A program made the translations under genes and the position numbers. 64,000 nt of DNA, taken from NCBI GenBank assembly GCA_046563655.1, contig CM102285.1, positions 7,564,001 through 7,628,000 of the forward strand, written 5' to 3'. Positions 1 to 14,400 of the stretch are shown piece by piece (the first letter of the stretch is position 1; the number at the start of each line of letters is the position of its first letter). Under the pieces are notes generated by a model. The model saw only the letters and a program-made list of their open reading frames with translations, was not told the origin of the DNA and did no database searches. The DNA comes from Yuukianura sp. NJ FZ-2021 (Eukaryota).

Positions 1-157
1 ACGTCTCCAGGTGATGATAGAAATACAATAAAGTGAAAATCAGTTCTTAGAGGCGGACGAGCATTCTGAGCCTTTGTCTTCAATTTTTGTCACAACGTCA
101 TCACAGGAAAGTCTCCTCCAGAAGTTCTGGGCGTTTCTAGTAGAAAGAAAAAGAAAA

Positions 158-3100
158 TCAAAACTGGTTTAAGCTCTGGTGAAAACAAAGGACGCAAATT
201 GAAAACGGTCCGCTTCGTTGGCTCCTGATTTTCCTGACGGGCTCAAAGACTTCGTTTTTTGAAAAAATGTTTTCATTTTTTACCATATCGCTGAGGATAC
301 TGCGACATCCGTAGCACCAGCGCCCATTGATTGTGTCCACTTCCTTCAAGCGTCGCTAAAAATAAAGTAAAAAAAAGTTCGTGTAAAAGTCTCATTTGCT
401 CTTGTTACTGCGATATTTGTAGTACTTTTCTAAATTATTGATGACAGCAATTCCCGCCTTTTGTGTCCAAAGTGAACAACGACCCTAATTTAGTCACAGT
501 GACTCAAAACGTAACTTCAAGGGACCAGAATCAAAGCCTAGCGTTACTACACAAACACGTTTTGTAAAGGAAGTTTGCATGGATTTGCACACCCCATTTT
601 TCTAAATTGTAAGCTAAAATGTGCCGCTGTATCGAAGAAATCCATCGTTGAAGCTACTTTCCTACAGTTTATTGCACCTTTGATTCAATTTCAAGACATT
701 TGGCAAGAACAAAATTCTCTTCTCGATTTTCGGATGGACACAAATTTCTACTTATTCTCTAGTAGAAAAAGTAGAAAGTTGTGTTTGAATCCAAACAATT
801 CCTCCGAGGCGGGAAGGTGGTGGGTAATCTCATCTTTGTGTTGGAATTTGGAAAGTACTTTTCTCTGTTTTATTGAAAGTGAAAGCATTGAGATTCAATT
901 CCGCTCTCCCGGCGTTCTCTTTGTACTGAATATGGCATGAGATGAGGGCCAAGAATATTCCCTGAATAAGTTATCAGCATCCGTTACCTGGCAAAGTTTG
1001 CACTTTTCCGCTTCTCTGCACTCAGCAGTATCAAGATTCGGTTGTAGCTTGGCCCCAATTCGAGTTAGCGTCGGTACTGTTGCTGGATAATCACGCTGGA
1101 GTCCAACAATAAATTCTTCACACTGACGCCACACCGAATCAATCTTCCTTTTCTACAAGAAAAAACAAAACAAATAAAATTCATAAATGGAAAGCAAAAG
1201 CAGCGTTTTTTCCTTTGTAAGTTAGCGTTTCTAGAGTGTTCAACAAAGCGAATTTTCCTTTCTATGCGTTTTCATTTTATTCCCACTTGAGCTACTTGAG
1301 CAAATCCACTCGCCTGCTAATACCTAGTACATGCAACATTTTCTAGAAAGTGGAGGATTAGCTTTAGTTTTCCTAGTAAAGTTTCCGTAGGTTTCCTGAA
1401 AACTGTGTTGGTTATAAGTAGACAACGTGGAACTTTTCCAAAGAACAGCAGACGCATGGATTATATTCGTTCAAATTTGAGGGTGTAGGTTAAAAGCCCT
1501 GGATGGGTTCTTAAATACAAGTAATCGTGTAGCTGTCACTCATCTTGGCTGACAAGGCACTTTGCAATGGGGTCCCATCATTAAAGAGCCACTTTACGTT
1601 CCATAGAAAATGGAGAAACCTCAAGTGGAAGCGTGAGAAAATAGAGAAAGTGGCAGGGTGAATGTGATAGGAAAGAAAGGAGGCACTTGCCAAACTAGTT
1701 ATTCGAAGGCTTTACTTTACGTTGAAATCGATATGGTAAACTATCATAAATCACGAGCCTACCTTGTCAATCGGGGTTCTTGGGTCACACTTCACAACTA
1801 CCGCAGCCACCTCTTCCAGCCCTTCAGCTTTGACAAAGTCTCGTAAATCATCACTTGAGAGTTCAATTAACGGGCGACACAACTCAACACCATCCACCTC
1901 CGTCACCAGATTCTACGTTCAATCAGAAATAAAAAAAAGTTTAGCGTCATTATGCTGTTCAGTCTACCGGAGCATGAGTAACATGTTATTTTAAAGGCTT
2001 CAGTGGGCTTTCACTTCTGGAATAATGAAGCGATGGAGTTTTACCATTAGTTCTGCCAGCTGCTCACCACGTCCGCTTGACATGATGGAGAACATTGTTA
2101 CTGCCATGCTCGTTTGGTCTTCTGGTAGCAACACTTTCGTATGTCCAAGCTCCTTGGCTGCCGAAACCAACAATCGTAACCTGCGTCAGGAAAAGTGTTA
2201 AAGTTAATGAGCTGACTGAAGTTATTAGAAATTTTCAGAAAATGAACGAGGTCGTTTCTTAGTATTTTCCGCATGACGTACCTTAGAATGTGGAGAAAGT
2301 CAAGTTGAGAACTCTTGGATTTGAGGTTAAGAAGTATTGAGCAAAGTTTCGTCTCAAGTTGTTTGTCCGCTGGGAGAGGATCAGATTCGTTTCGATCTTC
2401 GATTCTTTGATCTTTAAGCTGTTTGAAGCGGATGTTACTGGATTGGTTGGCTTGTGAGGATGGAGATAAACTATTTTCCAGCCTCGTAACGACGAGAGGG
2501 AATGGGAAATGAAGAGGGAACTTTCTTTTCGTTTCTTGTAACCAACTTTGGAGGAAGTTGATGGTCTCATTATTCCTAGTACTTCCAGTCACTACCTCTC
2601 CCTCATCAGTTACGCCGTCTAGAAAAAGAAAAGAGCGGGAAACGGAAAGAGGCGGTGGCGGAAATGAAATAATCTTGGAAAAGTGTTTCCCTGACTTTCT
2701 CATCATCACAGTCTCCAAACTTTTCCTTTTCTCCCAGTCCCAGAGAGACCAGGGCTAAAGGTTACAGAGAGAACGATGTAACAAAAGCGCAGGAAGCGAG
2801 TAAATATGGAACTGGAAATTGGAATTCAAGCAACAGCGCACTCCTTACCAATCAGATAAAGGATCCTGAAGGAAAATGGAAACGGAAGATTGCTGGCGGA
2901 ACGGCCTGCTGAAAATGCAGAGCTACTTTCTTGGCCACCTTGGAGATGAGCTGCAACAGAATTCCGGATGAGGTTGAGCAGAGCTGTAGCCGCAGTGCTC
3001 CCGTCAAAGTAAATCAACACGTTCTGCTTCGGACTAAGGTCTAAACTCCCATCAGTTTGGCGACGATATCCGCCTGAACTTCCCTTGACTTGTCCCCGTA

Positions 3101-3491
3101 ACTCCCAGAGCCGCTTACGGAAGCGAAAGTTGCAGTGGTGGATCCAGCAGGGTCTAAAAACAAAAAAAAAAACAGGAAGCACTTTCTTTCTACAGTAGAA
3201 ATCTCATAACGTTGAAATTTAATGGAAACTCGGTGAATCACTAGTAAATGCAGTGATCCTCTTCCTCACTGCACCGTGTGTGTGGTAGTGGTAGTTCCAG
3301 TATTTGTTCAAAAATCCTGGATTATCAAAATAAACGTACGTATAATACAACTAACAACAATTCACTTACGCGCAAAAATGCTTGTTAGGTTTCCGAATGA
3401 CCCCTAATGCTTCTTGACATTCGGAGCAAGTTACTGCAACTGCTGACTTGCTATGCTTGTCAAAAATTCTCTCGTTGCTAATTTCCTCCAT
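158..3491 (-). CDS. CTU2: Cytoplasmic tRNA 2-thiolation protein 2 (CTU2/Ncs2 family), multi-exon
   Basis: Hand-spliced GT-AG exons: 3491-3370, 3153-2849, 2618-2282, 2180-2045, 1912-1763, 1152-988, 355-158. Motifs: N-terminal CxxC (CSEC) and C..C..NFRFRKRL, degenerate PP-loop (VLIYFDGSTAATALL), RLRLLVSAAKELGHTKVLLPEDQTSMAV..SSGRGEQLA, ELCRPL, EEFIVGLQRDYPATVPTLTRIGAKL, CKLC and WCYGCR. The 3' end is uncertain; an extra exon at about 136-40 is possible. Confidence 0.85.
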
Positions 3492-6343
3492 ATGTAACGC
3501 GACGCTAAAGTCTAAATCAATACAAGGTATGAAATCTAAATCTAATATAACAAAACAAAAACAATATAATAAAATTCAGCTAAATAGGGGTCACACACTG
3601 TCACGCCACGCCAAGCTAATAATATCAACCACAATCACAAATTCACAAAGTTCTCACTCGCAAATTGAATTTTACAAACCTAAAAAACGAAGCAATAAGT
3701 CAAAGTTTATAGAAATGATGAATGAATGAATGAATATGAATGAGAATGAACACATGTGAAATTTAAATGTGCAGACTGAGCGCCACACAATAAAATAGTG
3801 AATCTTGTCTCAACTCTGATCTGACCCTAAATTTCAGTGAAAGTAAAGTAAAAGCTTACTAAAAAGATCACAGTGAAAGCAACGCAGACATCCAATGCAA
3901 AGTTAAATCAATAAGTAACAAATATGTACATACAACAAAACACTGCTATGCTAATTGCCGAATTGTACCAAACGTGCAGAATTCTTGTGTTTAGTATAAT
4001 TCCAGACGAACGTTGATCTGTGTACACTCCAGTCACTCCATTTAACCACTGCTCCAATTACCCTGAAACGTTTGGACTACTACAACGCACAAACAAATGG
4101 TTTTCTCCTTCTCACTTCTAATGAAACAAAGAAAATAAGTAACTACTTAGAGCAATGATGTCACAAAACCATTTTTATTCTAAGCATCAAAGTCAGCAAA
4201 CTCGAGAAAATATCATCAAGGTTTTAATTTTGAATTACACTGCTAACTAGTAACATTCAACTGTTTTTGAATACGAGTGCGTGGTTCCGTCTCGGCAGAT
4301 CCAACGGCATTGTTCACTGTTCGTTTAACTACTATCGAATTTAAGGATGAATTTGGAAGCGAATGGGTTTTCTTCTAAGACAAGAGCAACGATTAATGGT
4401 TAGTGCTGAGTGTTTTAGACACCCAGACACCCAGTAGTAAAAATGTTGTAAGGTTTGAGATTGATTTTGATGACAATTATTTTGACTTCCACCACTACAA
4501 ACTATTCACTTACACTTTCTAAACTTCCTACTTCGTCAAACACAACTAACGCCACGCTACAATTTCACTAAAATAAACTACATTCTTGTAATAATATTAA
4601 TTGTAATAACTTATATAAATAAGAAAGTTGTACTTTTGTTCTTTTCCACCATTGTCACATGACAGTGGAGGTTACACACTTACGACTATCCAGACCAGAG
4701 CAGCAATTTGTACGTTTTAAACACTTGTTAAGTGTAACTCAACGATAATTCTATACTTCTGTTTTATACAAGTGTAGCTCAATTAGGTAACAAGTATTTA
4801 ACCAATTAATTAGTTGAGGCAGAAGAGGTTGGACAAAGGTTTTACCATTAACACTATTAAACAAAACCACGTAAGTAACGGCTAATTTTACCAATGTACG
4901 ACCAAATAGTTAACAATTCGTTTCCATATTTTAGTATTTTTGTTTTTGTTTCACGAAATTTCTGCAGCCACAAAAATCTAAGAGACGCTGCTATTTCAAA
5001 GAAGTTTCAAACTTCAGCATTCCTTTAAGTTCGTTCTAGAAATTTGTAATTGAATAGCAGGCACTTGAGTCGTGTGGTTTTGTTTTGTTTTTGAACGTAG
5101 TCTAAATGGAGCGTTAAATTTGAGAGATCCAAAAATGTTTAACCTAACAAGCCGCTTTCCCTTCTCTTCTGCTTAAGCTGCAAATTTTGAAGTTTTAAAA
5201 TCTTTGTGAAGATTCTACAGCTTCAAAACTACAACTTAAATTTTACATTAACTACAGTAGTTATATAATTTAAACTTAATTTTATATACAACAAAAGAGG
5301 TAGTCAGATGTAATAATAACAAAGAATGCTCTCGAACTGCATTTCCTACAACGCGTAATCAGTACTTCTTATGTATTAAAGATAGTTGTGATGAACAATT
5401 ACCCATTTTGGCAACACGTCATCGTTAACACGTACCAATTCCTTAGTAATCTAACTTGCTACATTTTAGGTCACACTATTTTGCAAACAAGAACCAAAAA
5501 GCGGAACACCAAATTGCAACATTACACTAGTATTTCCTTAACTTTAACAACATTCGAATTAATTTGTTCTCAATACTTTTAAAGCTACACAAAGTGTAAT
5601 GTCTTAAACAGCTTTCCTTTGAAATTTAGGTAGGTACACAGTTTCACGTTTGTATATTTCAGTGACGGTAAAATAGTGGGAGAAGGTTTTAAATGTTTGT
5701 TCGTTTCTTTCAATCAATGTTTTTTTAGTAGTACATACCTAATTAGTTCATCTGCTTTGCAAATGCAAACTATAAGTTTTCGGATTAATTGAGCCTTTGT
5801 ACACCTACATGAAATGGTTTTAAAGTTATATTTTTGTTCGCCAAAAATTTAATTTGAAATTGTTTTAGTAAATCCTGTTGTGTGTTGTACCTTTTCAGAG
5901 GCCTGTTTGTTACTCGTTTTAACATTACCCACAAACTTCCATTCCCCATAGCCTTATGCATAACACTCATTCTACTATGTACTTAGCATGGAAACAATTT
6001 AAGTTCTAAGTTACTGCTATTATTTCTCGAAATAGCAAACAGTTTTGCAGTAGGTACTCGTGTAGTTGCTTTTTATAACATTTTAAACGGAATAAAAATA
6101 GGGACTTTAGTTTACAACGTGTCATTTGATTTGAACTTTGTTGGTTATTTGCAGATGCAAAATAATAAATTACGCTTTAGGCTGATGTAGCGTGACTACT
6201 GCTCTTCTGCTTGGGCTGAACATGCTTCTGATTCGTGTTGAATTGATGACGAACGGCGTAGATTAAAGATTCTAGCCGTTCCATGTTGCAGAAGAATGTA
6301 CAACGGGATTAGCGCATAGCAAGTACTTTAACTGGGGTTCTGG

Positions 6344-9300
6344 TTATACGACCGAAGACGGAGAAGTCAACTTGTTGTTGAGTGCGTTCAAGCGCTCAAC
6401 AATGCATGACGCAGAAATCCGTGCTTCGGCGTCTTGATCCCAGGCATCTTTCATGGCCTCAATGAGGACTTGCATGCCTGGGTGTAAGTGCCAATCTGGC
6501 CGAATTGTAGGCCGTTTGCGTTGAGTCACCACTACATCCTGCATCTCTTCCAATGTTGGTTGTTGACCTATGAACTCCTCGAAGGGTAGACGGTACTCTC
6601 CAATAGGACCCTGAAGAAGAACCAGCAAAAGAATTTATATTGATGGTGACTCTTTACCGATTGTGTACGAATGTGATGAATTCGTGGCCTTAAAATGTTG
6701 CGCACATATTGTATTTTAATTACCTTTTGGGCACTACATCGTGATGCGAGTTCCCAGAGAACCAATCCACAAGCATACATGTCAATGCGCTGAAAATTAT
6801 CTCGAGTGAAGCTGACTGCTCCCTCGAGAACTTCTGGCGACATGTATCTCCTCGTACCAATCTGTCGAAGAAAAAAGGAGATGCGATTAAGTATAAAAAA
6901 GTGAATTCATTCATTCACTTCGAGTCCTTGCTATGAATGCGAATGTGGAGTTTAGGCAAGGTAGACAAACAGGACTTGACTTATTTCCAATTGAGATTCT
7001 CACCTGCCCATGACACGTTCCCATCGGGATGTTGGGGTAGAAGATGTGGGCAAGACCAAAATCAGCAATGCAAGCCGTCAAATCAGGTCTCAACAACACG
7101 TTTTTTGACTTAAAATCCCTGTGGGAAATTGCCGGCTTGTGACCTCTCACTGACTCAATTTCTTCATGCAGAAATGCAAGGCCTTGACACATGGTAACCG
7201 CAATCTTCAGGAGGTCGTTCCACGTCAAAATGTTTCCCTGATACAACACAAAGATATAAGTAAAGTTCCTGGTTATGCTAATTGTGTCAGAATTCTTATT
7301 GGCTTACTTTGAGGTAGTCATACAATGAGCCCCGTTCTATATACTCTGATATTAGCCAAAGTTGAAGATTCTCTCCTTCTGCCATCGTTCTGGATCCGTA
7401 GAACTTGAGAACCCATTCTGTACTGCCCATTAGCGGAAGTGAATATATTTCCTGCTCCAGTTTCCAGGAAATACGTTCTCTCAATGGCAGAATCTTCACT
7501 GCGACGTAAGAGTTGTGTCCTGTCATCGATGCTTTCCAGACATGTCCGAACCTTCCAGCTGCTTTCACTTCGACTAAAGTCACCGAAGGAACTAGATTTC
7601 AAAGAATACAAAAATAAGAATGTTAGAGTTCACAAAATTTCACAACAGAATTCAACCATTTCTCGTTTTTTTTTTTCTTTCATACCGTGACTACTGTTTT
7701 CCGACTTGTCCAACAAGATGTTCTCTTCGTCCGATATTCCGGAATGTGAGTCCGGCAGCGGCTTCTTCGCAACACGACGATGTACAAACCATGCTGTCAT
7801 GATGATTAATGTGCACGCCAATGGGACTAGAACAAAGACAATCACGGAGGACTCGGTTCCTTGTCGCGAAAATGACATGACTGCAGTCGCTGTACAAAAT
7901 TACAAAAGAAATTTGATCAGTTTTATGAGATCATGCATGCGATATGACCACTCTGCATTTCTAAATACATCAAATTCCTTGTCTTGAAAGAGGAATCTTA
8001 CGTTTAGCCGTAGATGATGTTGGTAATGGATCCCAGACATATTCCTGGTTGCAGTAGTCTTGGTTGCAGCAGCAAAAGAGTGTTTTGGAGGGTGGACGAT
8101 CGTCTGGTTTAGTAATTGATTTCGGATGATTGCGTTCAATACATGCTCTTTCCTTGGAGCACTGCTTGTTATTCAGGAAGCATCCCTTGAGTTGGAGTAC
8201 TTCCACATCCGAGTCATTGTTCTTTCTCCAGAGAACATAACAGCCATGGGTCTGTGATGGTCCATCGTCACCGCAGGAAACGTTCCGCCGACTCTTCTCA
8301 CATGGACCGCCATGTTTCAAGCCACATTCCGTAGCATTGTAATACTCGCATTCCAAGGAGGTGACGGGAGAGAAAGATCCTGCAACAAAGTACAAGGAAC
8401 AAATATTACAAAAATTCAACATCACTTTGAATCATTACATCTTTTCACGTCCACAAGTACTTGCTCTGACTACTCGCATTTTCAGAGGTACTTAGAGCAT
8501 AAAAACTAGTTTCGAATTCCATTCAATACATTTTTATTGACCATAACTTTATTTAGGTGGTAATCATCGCATCATTGTTTGGTTTTCGCCAAAAATTCCA
8601 ATAGCTTACTAAACCACAAGAAAGTACCAGAACACTAAAAACTTTTTTGCTGTACGCAACACAATTCGTGTTTGAAGGAATTCCGAACTTTTTTGTGAAT
8701 TGTTAAGACAAGGATTAGGAATTTCTTTCAACATTTGTTTCACATGTTTTTAGCATTTACGAGTTGCTTGCGAACTTGAATCTCTAGCACTTAAATGTTA
8801 ACGCTGGTCGCAATAATTGGACGTCGAAATAATTCTTGGAAAATTAGGAACAAAAATTCTGAGTAAAACAAGCGCACGAATTATTTTAAATTTTTAAAAA
8901 TTCTAAAAAATTTTGTCCACCATGCAATGCAATGCGATTCTAACAAGCTTTTAACTGGGTTTAAACTGACCTCCGACCGGGCCATATATGGCGTATCGAG
9001 CATACTAGTACTATGACATCCTAAATTCTAAATTGTGTCCTGCGGTGCTAGTGACATGATGAAATTCCTTCAGCAGAATCTCCCAAGATACTTAAATATT
9101 TTGTCATTTTGTAGTTACGGGCTCGTTAGGAGGGTTACTTTCGTCATAACGAGTAAACAAGTTTTGTCCGAAATTGAATTGGACTCGATTGGTCGATTCG
9201 CCACAACTGGAAAATCCAATTGCGAATTGTAGGGCGTGGTGGTGGTGAACAGAACTTAACTAAAGAGCTTTATAAGTTGCGGAAATGATGCTGTCCTTAA

Positions 9301-10133
9301 ACCGCATTTAACAAACTTAAACTCACTTAATAGCGTAATTGTGTAACAAACAGACACAACTACCATAAAAACTTAAAACTTGTACCTGTGTATTACTTGG
9401 TCCGTGAGAACCATTTCAAATCAATTTCGAATGACTATAAGTTCTTTAACTTACAGCCTTTCAGGATATTTACCCTTATACATGCAATTCACGGACTATT
9501 CTCACGCTTTTACGTAGGCCACTTAACGAAAACATGGCAGATAACGAGCCATAACAACGCATGATATCTCACTAAACTGGACGAACATAATATTTCTGTC
9601 ATTCATTTGGCATTCATTGCGTTGATGTTTTTTAAGATGCGCAAAATCTGCTTGAGAGCGAAACATACACAACTAAATTCGAGTTCAAGGATTCAAGATT
9701 ATAATAAGCATCATGCGGTTGGCTCAATCAATTTTCAAAAAGGTCGCATTTCGCGTACTAAAATAATAATTTTCGAATAATAAAGCCCACACCAAACATA
9801 ATTTAAACTAACATTTCCCCTATGTAAATGTGTATATTAAGGTCAATTTGCGCAATTAGATTCTTTTGTCATAATTTATGACGGAATTTAAAGTATGCGC
9901 ATTGGTTCATATATTCACTGATTACGCCATACGAACTACCTCTCAACTACTTACGCCACATGGATCTACCAATAACCGCATGCAAATTAATAAATAAATC
10001 AATTAAACCAGTTACAGAAGTAAATACGAAAATGTTAATTGAATTTGTGTTTACCTGTGAGTGTTGCGATGACGTAGAGGTAGATGAATCCACTCCAGAA
10101 AGTGGCATACGATGCGACCCTTAGCCACATCAT
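6344..10133 (-). CDS. put: Activin type II receptor serine/threonine kinase (punt/ACVR2 family)
   Basis: Exons 10133-10055 (signal peptide [27 protein letters not shown]), 8379-8002 (Cys-rich ectodomain ending CCCNQDYCN), 7889-7686 ([23 protein letters not shown]), 7591-7308 ([16 protein letters not shown]), 7237-7004 ([14 protein letters not shown]), 6861-6724 ([14 protein letters not shown]), 6610-6344 ([13 protein letters not shown]). There is no GS box, so it is type II. The short tail favours ActRII/punt over BMPR2/wit. Confidence 0.93.
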
Positions 10134-13100
10134 GATCTGATTTACTTTTTACAGCCTTGTCTTTAGTTCAAACGTTGGTGAAACGTGAGTTGCTGTATTG
10201 TAAATTTCTGCTGTAGAAGTTGAGTTGGTTATGGTTTTTTTGTATTTGTTTTCTGAGGATCTGACGTGAGTGGTTGATGATGGTGAAGTGCGGAGCTGAT
10301 TCTATCGGTGTTTTGGATAATAAACTAGCAACTGATGAAGTAGAATGGCTATGTGTTGGTATCAAAATTTAAAAAGGAAACAAGTAGTGCTCCTGGCCTA
10401 CTTTTAGAATTTATGTCGGTGTAAATTATAAATAGTAGTCAACTGTAACACAAAATTAAACCAGTCTTTTCGGAAAATACGAATTCACAAGTAATTCGTC
10501 AAATCCCGGGATGAGCGAGCTCTGAAGATGAGGTAGAATTGAAGGTTGTTGGATGTTAAACCGAACAATACTAAAGGATTATGGAGGTCTAGCTGCCGTG
10601 TTAAAGTTGATCCAAGGATGACTGACCCAAGGAGTTTCGGTTTGACCTTGACAGGTTAACGCGTAGAAATAGCAGTGGTGATTATGTTGTGCTACTGTCC
10701 GTCGGAACTGGTAGACCATGATTTGTCACCGAAAAATCCTCGATCTCAGCACTTGGGAGGATATGATTGGTCAATCTTGTCACGATGTCAATCTTGGGCT
10801 GACCAGACGAGATCAAAGTTTTGAAGATCTCCGTCCGATCTGGAGTTTGTCTTCGGGTTGGTTAGTGTACGTTGAACTTGCTTAATCGAAAGATACTTTC
10901 AAAATCGAATCTGGAATTTGATTCGAAGTTGGCCAATAGTTATTGTTGTTATCAACACTTATAAATATGAAGGTCAAAGGGCTTAGAAATTGGTGACGTA
11001 AACGTTACGTTAACGAAGATGTTTCCGAATTCCGAGGCAAGGTTTGAAGAGGTACGTTCTCCGTTCCGCTTGATTTGTAAATCGCCTACGCAGTGTTGTA
11101 TACGTAAGTCCAACACTGGTAAATGAGTACGAATCAATTAAGTTAATCAACACGCACAAGTTCCTCACTTGATAAAACCTTGCCTGGCTTTGTTATATCG
11201 TGGAGCACTTTACAGTAGGTGTATTGTAGTGAATTGCGTAGTAAGTAGTAAGTAGAATACTCCCCACTCCAATGTTATTTCCGTAGTTGATGTGATGAAT
11301 TAGATTAAAAAGAGCAACCACAAATTCCACAACACTGATTAGGACTTAGTTGGTTGATGTGGTGGTTACTAGTGACATTGAGAGTCCTCGTGTCCAGCCC
11401 CACTTGCCTCCGTGTCAGTTGTTCTTGTGCTGGGAAGTTAGTTGTTGAACAGTTGCGAATGTTGGGCCACTGGGATGGGAATGGGTCCTTCGTTTCTTTT
11501 CCTTTTGGTAGTAAATTCTTGTTTGGTGAAATTCGTAGTACGCAAAAAGGATGATGATCCTGGTATAGCTTCACGCAAGGTTGTGTTGGATATGACCTCT
11601 TACGAGGATATAATTTTGCGAATTGGCCAAGTACCTCCACTGAAGGCTATAAGTGATGGGGAGTATTACGCAGGAGTTCCTGGGAGTGAAAATACTACGG
11701 AGTACTTCCCATTGTGTACAGGGAAGGGCGGAAAGGGTGGAAAAACTTACTACGTTCTTTCCTTTGTTTTCGTTTGCATGAACCATTCAACTCTACGCTG
11801 CTACTATTGCTAAAGACGCTCATATTCGACAAGTCCAAGGAGAACACCTTGGCCATACACAAAGTACGCTCCTAAATGACCTTGAGGTCAACGACCCTTT
11901 TAAAAAATCGAACACCTTTCTTACTTGCCGAGGTTGGCTGTATTAATGAACATACTGAACTAAGAACATGGAAAAAATATTGTCGTATACCTTCTATACC
12001 ATTTGAATGCCAAATTCGAAAAAAAAAAACTACAAGACTACAACACTTCATACTTCAATGAAATAATTTTGCAAATCAGAAATCACGTTCTTTCGCTCAC
12101 GTGTGTCAATTTCCTTCTGCATTTGCCTCTTCAGTTTTGTAAAGCTTGAAGCTAGCGCTTGCCGTAAAATGGTCGTTTATGGTCACTTAGATATATGACG
12201 CTAAAATTTGCAAGGACATACCAAGAATTGCATTACCATCTTTTGGCGTAATTATATGGATAACATGCCAAAAGTAGTCTTACGAAGGGTTCAGACAAGA
12301 ATTTAGACGATTTGAGCAAGGTATAAAGCATGTTTAGAAGATTCGCACATAACATAGTCTTCCGTTTTAAAGTACCAACTAAAAGTAAATCAAAAACAAG
12401 AAACCGAGAAACGCTTCGTTTTAAGAACAAGATTTATTTATTCACTCATTTTAGTACATTAAATTAAATTAATGATAGGGCAAAACCCATAATATTCTCG
12501 ATGGAGCGGAAGAAAACGATGATGGACATTTAAAAAAACGACGAATACGATATACAAAACATCTTACAAGATTTCATGCCATCAGTCCCTAAATAATGAG
12601 GCCCTGAAAACCCTCCAGAAACAGCAGGTTTCTGATTTTGAAAAAACATAAACTGTTCAAAAAATCTAAACCAACCTTACCTTAACTAGTATCGAAGATA
12701 ATTTAAAAATAAACTCGTCAAAATAATGAGTGAGGTCTAGAATGCTGCTGAGTGTCTAATTCATAGGGCCTAGTATCGTGCTTCGGTTCCGATTTCCGAA
12801 TGCCTTTTACTACATACATAGTACGCAATAGTAATCTTACTAAACCCTGAGAAACCATTTACATGGTATTTTGATGTATTGTTTTGAAAATGTGTTCATA
12901 AAAATAACATCTCTTTTAAAGTTACTTTTGGAACCTTTCGCTGTAACATGTAAATACAGCTAATTGTAAGTTTGTTTCAAAATTAAAAATGTTTTTGTCT
13001 GCAATAATCTCAGCCGAAGCTCTGTGGAGTACATTGTAGGTTACTGTTTTTCTTGAATGGCATGGCGATACGTAAAGTGTGAGTTTAGTGTGAATTGATT

Positions 13101-14400
13101 TTTTTTAGCGCAGTCTGTAGTGCCATCTAATGGTGACGGCTTGGTTCCGCTTCGTGGAAGTGAATAACTTCTTTCACTGCCAAGAGATGAGAAACCGTAC
13201 GCACATTTTAGCACTTCTGAATCCACTTTTCTTTCTACTCAAGTGCTAAAGTTTTGCAAAATCTTGTTACGAACAGTCATTCATAATAATGATATTAGTT
13301 TAACCGAAGACTTTATCCGTTACTGTACCTGTAATTTCCCCCCAAAAAATTCATTCGGGAATTATTCCAATAGGGATTAACCAAGTTAATTGATTAATAC
13401 ATTCGTTCGTTCGTTCGCTCGTAGTAGAACGGTGAAAGTTTCGCCGTGAAACAATACTACTAAAAGCAAAAAACTCCACAGGCTCATTTAAGCGACGGTT
13501 GGGCCTAACTAGTCAATTTACCTAAAAATACATTTTTTTATTGGAAAACTCTTACAAAATTCGCACAAGCATTGAATATTGCCGTGTGTTTGCGTTTTTT
13601 TTTTATGAAAATCCAAACAATACTAATGAGTATAGAAGAGCTGCAACCATTTTCAGAATCGCTGCTTATAAAACAACGCCAGCAAACTACGAATTTATGT
13701 TTTAAAGCCTTTTACGTGGATTTTTACAAAACCTACAGATACATAAATCTTCCGTTTCTTCGATATATTTATTAAACATTTTTTTTTGCCTTAAATACTT
13801 TATTAGTTCATCAATATTTGAGATGCATTTTAGCACAAGTTGTGATTTATGGACATGTCCATTATGTTTGTCGAAACTTCCTTTTGACGACATTTTTTCT
13901 AACTTAGAATACATTTTACAAATGTAGTAATTCATAAATACAGTTATAATTTGCAGGATCTACTATGCAATTAATTAAATAGTTCGCTGTGAAGTTTATA
14001 CTTATATTTTGTATATACTGATAAAACTCTCACTTTCTAGTTCCATCCTTTTCAAAAATTTATTCCATTACGGTATGGTTTAATAAGTCTCTCAAGTTTT
14101 TTTTTTTGTTATTATAGGCACTTACCGTCCAGAATAATTTTTTTTAAATATGCTCTGTATGAAACATTTTGAAATTTTTTTTAAGAAATAGGGTTCTTTA
14201 TGTATTCCTAAGGTTTTCAGGATTGTGAAGTGTTGCATTTGCATCAAATTTCGACAGATTCGAAATGAGTCTGTCGTTAAGCTTCGTTTAGAATATTTTG
14301 AAACTCAGTGCCTCACAGTATTTAAAAAGCGCGTTTGACGGAGTTAAAGTTTAGTTGCCATTTTATTTTTTTTGCTGCTCGGCTGAACTTTCCTCGCAGG

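Noticed and set aside
575..940. 121-aa + strand ORF
   Set aside because: It lies antisense within a CTU2 intron, has a non-ATG start and shows no recognisable domain.
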